DNA of 64,000 nucleotides. Source: Leptogorgia sarmentosa (taxonomy: Eukaryota). Shown one piece after another: positions 9,781 through 20,600 of the stretch; position 1 is the first letter of the stretch, and every line of letters starts with the position of its first letter. The notes under the pieces are model-generated. The model searched no databases. It saw only the letters and a list, made by a program, of their open reading frames with translations, and had not been told where the DNA came from. The translations under genes were made by a program, and so were the position numbers. The DNA lies in NCBI GenBank assembly GCA_964658305.1, contig OZ210885.1, positions 25,110,001 through 25,174,000 of the forward strand, written 5' to 3'.

Positions 9781-11121
9781 GCACTGCCAAGTATTGCCAA
9801 GCTATTCGTTCCTTCTGTAAAATGCCCCCAATGTGGGCATGCTAATGACTATGATTTTTTATATTGCCAATGCTGTGGTTACTGCCGGAAAGTGGTTCGT
9901 CAGGCAAACTATGATCAGCCTATTGTGGTTGATGTTGCGGCTATTGATCTGAGGATCCAGCAATTGTGTAATTTTGATAAAGCCACGAGTTATTCCAAGC
10001 AGAAAGAGTCGTTGCAACGAGAGTTGGAGGTGTTTTTAGCTGCTCTCCCTGGCCGTCGCTCCATAGTGTCAGCTGCTCCCAGCGATCTATGTCGTTTTTT
10101 GGTTTATAAGGATAAAGATGGAAAAACCCAGGTTCATCAACACGGCTGCCAGTTTCTGGGTCAAAAGGGAAAACATGGCTGTGGTTGTCCTATGCGACTT
10201 TCCTATAAGACGGTGGATTCGTATATTGGTAAGCTGCGATCTATTTTTCACGCAAATGGTCGAGATGGTGAATGGGATAAGCGGCTGGGTCTAGGTAACC
10301 CGGCAGCTGATAAGTCAGTTAAAGACTATCTACGCTTGGTGACTGCTGAGCAACTGCAAGCACGAGTTACACCTAAGCAAGCTACTCCATTTTTTGTTGA
10401 CAAGTTGACACAGTTGTCTTTACACCTTGAACGCAAGCTGGAGTCTGCTACAACGTCTATTGACCGGTTTCTCGTCGCTCGAGATCAGGCGTATTTCAAA
10501 CTCGCCTTTTTTAGTGGGGACAGGCCTGGTGACCTGGGCCAGATAAAAGTTCCGGAGATTCTCCGCTTTCCCAATGACGATGGTATGCTGCTCAATCACA
10601 TTTGGGGCAAAACGCTACGTGACGGCGATCAGAATGTTTTTGGTGTTCGTCGTAATCCGCATATCACCATTTGCCCTATTCGAGGTGTTGAGCAGTACAT
10701 TCAGGTTGCCCGTCAGATGAAAGTGGACCTCACTTCGGGATATCTCTTCCGCCCGACGACTCCCAAAGGGGGAATTCAAGATGCGCCATTCACGTCTTCG
10801 GCGGCCAAAGCTCGTTTAAAAGTATATTTAGGACAAATGGGAATGGATGACGGGGAGACGCTGCATGGGTTTTGAGCGGGCTGTGCCATTACTCTTGCCC
10901 TTACTGGTGCTGATCTGGCGGACATTATGCAGCATGTTGGCTGGGCTCGGCGGCATACAGCTTTGTATTATATGCAGTTGGCCAAGGTCTTACATCCCGC
11001 CGGAGCTTCTGCTCGCTTGGCCTCTGAGGATCTTGGGAATGCGGTTAACCCGTGGCAGGATGCAAATCAATTGCAACGATTTGTGGCCGCATTTCCTGTA
11101 GGCGCCTCGACGCGTTCGTGA
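9781..11121 (+). pseudogene. Zn-ribbon + ALOG domain + tyrosine recombinase; catalytic HxxR Arg replaced by TGA
   Basis: CPQC..CQCC; ALOG-like GKTQVH..C..CGCPMRL..VDSYIGKLR..NP; SGDRPGD, GKT, TLHGF*AG (TGA 10873-10875), HVGW..ALYY continuing in the same frame to 11121. Confidence 0.88.
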
Positions 11122-11211
11122 GTTTGGTGGTGGGAGGTAAATGTAGGTGGCTACGAGTGTCGTACTTGGTGTGATAACTAGAGGATAGGTTCAGGAGGAA
11201 AGTTAGTTTTG

Positions 11212-11282
11212 GGGTTAAGGAATGAGTATTGGGTTAAGGAATGAGGATTGGGTAAGAAATGAGTATTGGGTGAATGAGAGGG
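11212..11282 (+). repeat. About 19-bp G-rich tandem repeat (GGGTTAAGGAATGAGTATT), about 4 copies, in the 3' end of the YR element
   Basis: Units start at 11212, 11231, 11250 and 11268. Confidence 0.8.
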
Positions 11283-14200
11283 TATGTTGGATTTGGTTCG
11301 TGGGGATGATGAGGATGGGCGTATAGACAAAAAGGATCAGGTTGGACGCTGGCGCTGATCAATATTGCCATACCTTAAATAAACTGAGCATGAAGTCGAG
11401 CATTGAGAAATAGTATACTATTCCCTTGCTGAGATTGATGCAATTGAGAAGTGTTTTCCAACAATCACTGTCTATATCTGTGATTTTCACAGGGTCCAAG
11501 CTTGGCAAAGGTGGGCCAAGGCCAGCAAAAATGGTCTTTCCCATGACCAACAAAAGGACTTCCTCAGGCTGATGCAAAACTTGGCATATGCAGGAACACC
11601 AGAGCAGTACAACAAAAAGCTTGAAGAATTGAAGAAATGAAATGTGTATGTGGAGAACCGCAAAGTTCGTGATTATTGTGATAAGGTGTGGCTGCAGTGC
11701 TTTGGTCGGTGGGCACATGCTTTTAGAAAGCAACAAGTGGCCAACATAGTCAACACTAACAATGGTGTTGAAAGGCAAAACCACCTTTTCAAGTACAGTT
11801 ATCTGCCACGATCGATTGACAAGTCCATATATGGTATAGCACTGATGCTGGTAGAGTCATTCATACCAGACTCATATCAACGGTACCTGGACACCAACCT
11901 GAAACTGAGCAGCTGCCACAGAAGATATAATGAAGCTATTCCAGAATATTTGCACAATCGGCCACCCAACTTTGTGAAACACTGCCTCAAAAGCAAGTTC
12001 CCCTCAGCTGAATACAAGCAGTATGACATCAGGTGTGTCAACCATGAAAGGGGTGAATTTCTAGTTAGAAGCACTCATGACAGCAACCTGTTCTATGCTG
12101 TTAAGTTTGAGACACCTAGCTGCCAATGTGAAAGTTGGAGAAAATCCCAGTACCCATGCAAGCATTTCTTTGCAATTTTTAATTTCTTTGATGAGTGGAG
12201 TTTTTCATGCCTCCCAGAATTCTACAGAAATAGCGTTTTTCTCACCCGTGACATTGACCATGTCACTGCTCATATGCCTGCAGGGTTAGATGTAGAGCCT
12301 ACAAAGCAACAGTGTAGCTCTCAATGTGGTTCAGTAAAGAGTAATGATGATGCCAACAGTGAGGGATTAGAGAATGAGAACATTATTTCTGTGGCAGAAG
12401 CTGACCATGATTCTGATCGGAAACCAGACGAAGGGAATCCTGATGAAACAGCGAAATCATCCACCTGGCAACCTAATGCAACGAAAGTCCGTAGGATTCT
12501 TCTGGAAAAATTAGACTCTCTAAAAAATCTTGCTTTTGTTGTTGACGACTTCAAAGCACTTGACGATGCCAGTTCAGCCATTGACAAAATCATTTTGGAT
12601 CTTTATGGACGTTGCACTGATCAAAATGGGCTTCCACTATGCCAAAGTCCAGTTAAAAAGAAGCTGAAGTGTTGATTACCATAAGGTGTTTCACAAGAAA
12701 TTGCCAAAGCGAAGAAAGTTTACGAAGAAAGTTGCATCTCATGTCACTGTAGAAGAGAAAAAGCCTGTGGAAACTATTACAACAGAGGAAGTGAGTTTGT
12801 TCAGTATTTTGTGATATTTATATAATATGAATGTTTAATATTTGATATTTGATTTATATATTATATATATTTGATCTGCAAGTTGTTTTATACAGGTTGG
12901 TTCAATTTGTGATGTTGAGGAAACAAATGTTGATGGCATTGATGAAGTACAACCAATAGATGTAGATGTCAGTGCGACTGCCAGGGCATCTAGCAAATGC
13001 CTCTTCAATAGGTATGAAATAAATGCACTGTCAGGCTGAACAATAAAGATGTCATTCAATCACAACATGACCTATTTTTGCAAAGTCTGTGTTATTAAAT
13101 GTCTTGTACATTAAGACTGAATTATACAAAGTCTATTTGTTTATTTTTTAGTGAATTAGATGATGGACAGTACCAAAAATGTGACCCGGTGACACTAGTG
13201 CAGTCAACTAAACTGTCTTTAAAGGCTAATGACTCTGTACTGACAATCGGTCCCTTTAAAGTCACATTATCAGACTTATGGAGTATCCTCCAGCCTGGGT
13301 CTGTGAGTCCATCTGTTTGCAAACAGATAAAGGATGACGTACATAGATTTGTGCCAGGATGGCTTGCTGACACTGTAAGTTAAAAAATAATTGCATTTTT
13401 TGTTGAATTCTAGATTAGGCTATTAAGCACATGCAGAATTATCAATATTTAATGTTTATGTCATACTCTGTAGATTATCGACTCAACCTTGTGGAAAATT
13501 TCTCATGCTGCCAAACACATTTTGTGTGCAGATACAACGCTTGGCGAAGTTGTAAAACGTGGCTCAAGCACTCGCCGTCTCTGGCATGGTGTGAAATTTG
13601 ACAACATAGAGAAGATTCTCATCCCACTGAACATCAGCGGAGTACACTGGAATTTGTTTGTAAGTGCAATTTCACTATTATATTTATATACAATAGTTAT
13701 GTTATTTACAATAATTATGTACTAATTAGTTCTTACTTTGTTGATGGGTGGTGTGTATGGCATGGAACTGTAGAGTATGTATTGTATATTAATGTACTGT
13801 ATTTTAGGCACTACCCTGCAGTTTGGGGGGGGACTCAATCATCCAATTGTGTGGCTAATTTGTTAAATTATAGAATAACAGGAATAGGTAACAGTGTGAA
13901 TATTATGGCCTTTATGGCCTCTACATGTACAGTCAGTTACCTGCACCCTTGCTATTTTATAATTTATTTATTTTTTATACTTTTTTACTCTAATCAAATC
14001 AGTTACTAACATTGTAAACTATTTCTGTTGCAAAGGTCATTGACAAAATTCAAAAAAGTCGTATCTATATGACCCCATGAATGGAAACACTGCTGCATTA
14101 AAAATAGAAGCCACTTCAAGTCTTTTTCAGCTACTTGATCAATTGAGGTACTGGTACTACCGTATGTTAATGTATTTCTCATTTCTTAGTGCATATACAT

Positions 14201-14670
14201 TCATGCCAGTTATTTTTGAACTAGCACTACAGTTATATACTGTATATTCTAAACCTAGTATAAACATATGGCCATTGTTCTTTCTTATAGCAATGTTGTA
14301 GATGTTAAAACAGGATGGGACAGTAGCCAATGGGAATGCACAGAGCCTCTACACTACAAGCAGACTGACAGTATCAACTGTGGAGTTCTTGTTTGTGTAG
14401 TAAGTATATACATAACTGGAGATGACATACAGGCCAAGGACTTTATTTACCTTTATTTAACTTGACCACAAAATTCAACCTTTTCTTGGAAAGACAAAAG
14501 ATTTTGTCAGGTCTTCTTGGATCATGCTATGATGATATCTTAAGGCAAGTATATACAGTGCATTGTACAGTAATATTTGACCTATGAGGAGAAACTGTCA
14601 GTATATACATTATTATGTGAATTACATACCTATGTACCGCAACACCTTTATGTCTTATTTGAATTTCAGG

Positions 14671-17600
14671 GAGCGAAATGTGGATGTTTGCAAAATCTGC
14701 AGACTAGCAGACAATGATGATTGGCTTGGATGTGATAAATGTGGCCAGTCCTTTCATGCAAGCTGCCTTGGTGTAAATTATGCCGAGGCATTATGTGATC
14801 CATTTTTTTATTGTCCGTGAATAGCAATCACTAATACTGTACAAATTTGTCATTTATCTACATTGAAAAGTTCATATATTTCCGCTTATTTATTATTTGT
14901 ATAATAATATTTTGTTCATTTTATATCCTCCAGTGGCTAGATTTGACCCCCTTTGGGTATACATATATGTATATATAGGTGACAGCTATAAAATAGTATA
15001 CATACTTGTGATAACTTGTGATAACTATTGTTATCATATTGCAATAGTAATACTGTAAATACTGTATTGGCTACAGTTTAGGAGTATGCATATACACAAT
15101 AAGTAATGACTATAGTATTAAGCTATTACATTTAATGACAGCACCCCCCCTGTCTGGGATGCTGGAAAGCTTCAGCTGGTCATGTTCAAAATAAGTAAAT
15201 GATCATTAACTTCTTTAGGAATTATTTAGGGGTAGGCTTTTTTGAAGCAAATTTCATGTCTTAAAATTTATTTCTGTGGGGTAGTTCATCTCAGATAAGA
15301 ATTTTTCAGGTTCAATGTTCAGGGTAGGTCTGTCTGTTCCAGGAAATCTTAATAGGGGTATTTGGAAATATGGGTCCTCAGCTGGGGGGTAAGAACATTA
15401 ACTGTAATAGCGAATTTAGGACGATATTTAACGTTTTTTAATATACAAAGGGAAAGTTAAGGAATGATATAATAATAATACTGACACTATTTAATTAAAT
15501 TATATATTATATAATAATACTAGTATACCAGTTGGCAGTTCACAATAAATGAATAATAAATATGTTTTCAATTCATGTTCAATATTTGCAGTTGTATTAC
15601 ATTTAACACATATTTATGACTAACCGGTAGTAGTTCCATACATCAGATATTGGAATTTTCCCATTATAAAATGACGATAGAACAGTGTAAATAAAGTCAG
15701 AGTCCAAATTTATTGAAGCAGCGACGTGCCGCAAAGGCAACAAGCTGCGTGGTGCGTTCAGCTTGTTCAGGCCTTGAGAGATGTTCACTACAGTACCGCT
15801 GACAGTATATGACCAGATCGCGGACACGGGTCACAGAGCGCCCGGGATAAATTGCTTACCTATTTCTTGGACAGAAAAGACCTGAAAATGTGCATAGACT
15901 CACTGATGTTAATTATAGTGACATTTGCAAATCTGAATTACGAAGATCTGACCGAAGAGCTGCAATGTGTGTTGAAAATATCTTCTTTAAAACTAAGAAA
16001 TTACAAATGAAGATTTTGCTTGGCCAGTCACAAGTTGCATTACGAAAGTCTCGAAGAAATAGTGGGACAATTACTGCTGGTCAACTAAAACAACCTGGTG
16101 CAATAACCTGGTGCAATAGAGAACATGATTCACCATGATCAAGGATTTAAATTTCTAAGAGCTGTCAGGGGTTCACCTCCATATTTTGAAAAAGCCAAAA
16201 AGGACATATTTGCAATGATTAGGCAATTAGGTCCTGCTTCATTATTTTGTAGTTTCTCTTCTGCAGAAACACAATGGGGATTCATTTACTGAGAATACTT
16301 GGTAAGCTTGTTGATAACAAAGAATACACTGACAGTGAGCTTGAAAATCTCAACTGGGAAGAAAAGAGCATCTTAATTCAAAGTGATCCAGTGACATGTG
16401 CTAGGCACTTTGATTATCAAGTACAGAAATTTTTGAAAAATTTTCCTTTGAGTGAACCTGCACCTCTAGGCAAAATTGCAGACTGGTTTTACAGAGTTGA
16501 ATATCAACAGAGGGGATCACCTCATATTCATATGTTAATATGGTTAGAAAATGCTCCTAGGTTTGGTGTAGATTTTGACTATGATGTTGTTTCATTCATT
16601 GATAAAGTAATCACATGTGAAAAACCAGTTGAAAATCCAGAGTTACTTGCACTTGTAAATAGACAGGTTCATTGCCATTCTCACACTTGTCGAAAGAAAT
16701 CAAAAACTGTATGCCGCTTTAATTACCCACAACCACCAATGAAGTCAACAACAATTCTATATCCATTAGATACTGATATAAATAATAATGAACTAGAACA
16801 ACACAAAAATGATTGGAAGTTTATTAAACAACATCTGAATGATATGAAAGAGGGCGAGGACATTACATTTGATCAGTTATTGATAAACTTGAAACTGACA
16901 GAACAAAATTATTTGCTAGCTATTCGATCCAGTCTGAACACACCAACTATATTCTTAAAAAGACAACCAAATGAATTAAGAATCAACAATTATAATGCAG
17001 CATGTCTTAGTGCATGGCGAGCTAACATGGACATTCAATTTGTACTTGATGTTTATGCATGTGCACTATACATTGTATCGTATATATCCAAGGCACAAAA
17101 AGGTATGAGCGAGCTTTTAAGATCTGCTTGTGAAGAAGCAAGAGCAGGAAACTCCAATATTAAGCAACAAGTAAGAGACATTGGAAACAAGTTTTTGAAC
17201 AATGTTGAAATAAGTGCACAAGAAGCAGTCTATATTGTACTGCAACTTCCTATGAGAAAATCATCTCGCCAGGTAGTCGTTGTAAACACTTCACCTCCTG
17301 AGGAAAGAGTTCAGTTACTAAAGCCATTGAAAGAAATAAATCATATGGAAGATGATTCCAATGAGGTTTATAAGGTTAAAAAGCGTTATACAAAACGACC
17401 AGCCAAACTTGAAAATTTATCTCTTACTGATTGGGCTGCCTGGTATGACTGTTCTGGTAAGCCATATATCAAACCAACCAATGAACTAGATAGTGATAGC
17501 TATCCTGTGGAGACAAATATGGATGATAATGATGATGATGATGATAATGACGACAAGGAAGAAAGAGAATATGAACTAAAAAATAAGAAAAGATCTAAAG

Positions 17601-20600
17601 CTAGGATTATTTGAAGTGTATGTTTAAATAAGGAAGTTGATTCTGAGAAACACTACTGTGAACTGATCATGCTATTTACATCATGGAGAAATGAAACAAC
17701 TGATTTAATAAAAAACTGTTCTTCCTATCAAGAGCATTTTTTAAAACTTAAAACTACAATTGATCAACAAATGAAACAGTATGCTATTTGTAGTGAAGAC
17801 CTTGATGATATCCAAGAACAGCTTGATAATATGGAAGATAACACTGACAACTATGATTTAGTTGCCCCAGGAACACAAAATGTTGAGCGTCAAGATGAGT
17901 CTGAAGGTACACTAGATCTTCATCCACAACTAAATCCAAACTATGATCTTTCTGGTGATCTTGGAATTCCTTCAACAGCATCCAATACTGAACAACTAAT
18001 ATTACATGAAGAACAGGATGATGTTTATAGAACTATGGTACAAAAGCTCAACAAAGAACAAAACGAATTTTTTTATCATGTCTTACATCTAATCAAAACT
18101 TCTGACAATCCTTTCTATTCTTTTCTGAGTGGAGGAGCTGGAGTTGGGAAATCACATCTCAAATGTTTATACCAAGCAGCTTTGAAATATTATAATACTA
18201 GAGCCGGTGATGATTTTCATCAAGTCAAAATTTTACTGCTTGCACCAACTGGTAAAGCAGCTTTTAACATTAAAGGCAACACAATTCATAATGCATTTGC
18301 TATACCAGCATCTCAGTCCTTAAAAAATTATAAAGGACTTGACTCAAGTAGACTAAACACTTTGAGGTGTCAGTTTGGTGGTTTAAAGCTAATATTTTTG
18401 GATGAGATATCCATGGTTGGTAGTACAATGTTTAATGTTCAGATCAATAATAGATTAAAAGACATCAAGGGGAGTAAAGATGACTTTGGGGGTGTAAGCA
18501 TAGTTGCATTTGGTGATTTATTTCAACTTCCCCCAGTAATGGATAGGTATATATTTAAGAGTCTAGACAACTCAGAATATGCAATTCTTGCTCCCAATAA
18601 ATGGGAAGAATACTTTAATATGTTTGAACTCGAAGAAATAATGCGACAGAGAGAAAGCAAGGTTTTTGCTGAAATACTAAACAGACTGAGGGAAGGAAAC
18701 CATACAAAAGAAGATATTATAGAAGAAGAGCGAAATGTGGATGTTTGCAAAATCTGCAGACTAGCAGACAATGATGATTGGCTTGGATGTGATAAATGTG
18801 GCCAGTCCTTTCATGCAAGCTGCCTTGGTGTAAATTATGCCGAGGCATTATGTGATCCATTTTTTTATTGTCCGTGAATAGCAATCACTAATACTGTACA
18901 AATTTGTCATTTATCTACATTGAAAAGTTCATATATTTCCGCTTATTTATTATTTGTATAATAATATTTTGTTCATTTTATATCCTCCAGTGGCTAGATT
19001 TGACCCCCTTTGGGTATACATATATGTATATATAGGTGACAGCTATAAAATAGTATACATACTTGTGATAACTTGTGATAACTATTGTTATCATATTGCA
19101 ATAGTAATACTGTAAATACTGTATTGGCTACAGTTTAGGAGTATGCATATACACAATAAGTAATGACTATAGTATTAAGCTATTACATTTAATGACAGCA
19201 CCCCCCCTGTCTGGGATGCTGGAAAGCTTCAGCTGGTCATGTTCAAAATAAGTAAATGATCATTAACTTCTTTAGGAATTATTTAGGGGTAGGCTTTTTT
19301 GAAGCAAATTTCATGTCTTAAAATTTATTTCTGTGGGGTAGTTCATCTCAGATAAGAATTTTTCAGGTTCAATGTTCAGGGTAGGTCTGTCTGTTCCAGG
19401 AAATCTTAATAGGGGTATTTGGAAATATGGGTCCTCAGCTGGGGGGTAAGAACATTAACTGTAATAGCGAATTTAGGACGATATTTAACGTTTTTTAATA
19501 TACAAAGGGAAAGTTAAGGAATGATATAATAATAATACTGACACTATTTAATTAAATTATATATTATATAATAATACTAGTATACCAGTTGGCAGTTCAC
19601 AATAAATGAATAATAAATATGTTTTCAATTCATGTTCAATATTTGCAGTTGTATTACATTTAACACATATTTATGACTAACCGGTAGTAGTTCCATACAT
19701 CAGATATTGGAATTTTCCCATTATAAAATGACGATAGAACAGTGTAAATAAAGTCAGAGTCCAAATTTATTGAAGCAGCGACGTGCCGCAAAGGCGACAA
19801 GCTGCGTGGTGCGTTCAGCTTGTTCAGGCCTTGAGAGATGTTCACTACAGTACCGCTGACAGTATATGACCAGATCGCGGACACGGGTCACAGAGCGCCC
19901 GGGATAAATTGCTTACCTATTTCTTGGACAGAAAAGACCTGAAAATGTGCATAGACTCACTGATGTTAATTATAGTGACATTTGCAAATCTGAATTACGA
20001 AGATCTGACCGAAGAGCTGCAATGTGTGTTGAAAATATCTTCTTTAAAACTAAGAAATTACAAATGAAGATTTTGCTTGGCCAGTCACAAGTTGCATTAC
20101 GAAAGTCTCGAAGAAATAGTGGGACAATTACTGCTGGTCAACTAAAACAACCTGGTGCAATAACCTGGTGCAATAGAGAACATGATTCACCATGATCAAG
20201 GATTTAAATTTCTAAGAGCTGTCAGGGGTTCACCTCCATATTTTGAAAAAGCCAAAAAGGACATATTTGCAATGATTAGGCAATTAGGTCCTGCTTCATT
20301 ATTTTGTAGTTTCTCTTCTGCAGAAACACAATGGATTCATTTACTGAGAATACTTGGTAAGCTTGTTGATAACAAAGAATACACTGACAGTGAGCTTGAA
20401 AATCTCAACTGGGAAGAAAAGAGCATCTTAATTCAAAGTGATCCAGTGACATGTGCTAGGCACTTTGATTATCAAGTACAGAAATTTTTGAAAAATTTTC
20501 CTTTGAGTGAACCTGCACGTCTAGGCAAAATTGCAGACTGGTTTTACAGAGTTGAATATCAACAGAGGGGATCACCTCATATTCATATGTTAATATGGTT

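Larger units (their letters stand above)
5101..11416 (+). mobile_element. Tyrosine-recombinase (DIRS-like, ALOG-type) retroelement, about 6.3 kb
   Basis: Gag, RT-RNaseH-MTase and YR ORFs; 13-bp inverted ends (5098-5110, 11397-11409); ACTATTC at both junctions (5094-5100, 11417-11423); removal restores the MULE frame VDYSLAEI. Confidence 0.92.
2977..14820 (+). pseudogene. Multi-exon MULE transposase with SWIM finger, Ulp1-like (C48) protease and C-terminal PHD-like finger; disrupted
   Basis: LMDATYK...FMVDYS|LAEIDAIEKCFP...CDFH...TNNGVERQN; SWIM CQC..YPCKH; Ulp1 ILIPLNISGVHW (about 13615-13650) and QTDSINCG (about 14360-14383); PHD exon 14670-14820; GT-AG introns; frameshift near 4690 and TGA at 11638. 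Confidence 0.85.
2849..15860 (+). mobile_element. MULE/Mutator DNA transposon with TIRs and 9-bp TSD
   Basis: TIR GGTAAGCAATTTATCCCGGGCGCTCTGTGACC at 2849 and its reverse complement ending at 15860 (about 47 bp with mismatches); TSD TATTTCTTG at 2840-2848 and 15861-15869. Confidence 0.95.

Noticed and set aside
17669..18877. Natural helicase-PHD gene
   Set aside because: Explained by the duplication junction; the helicase is truncated.
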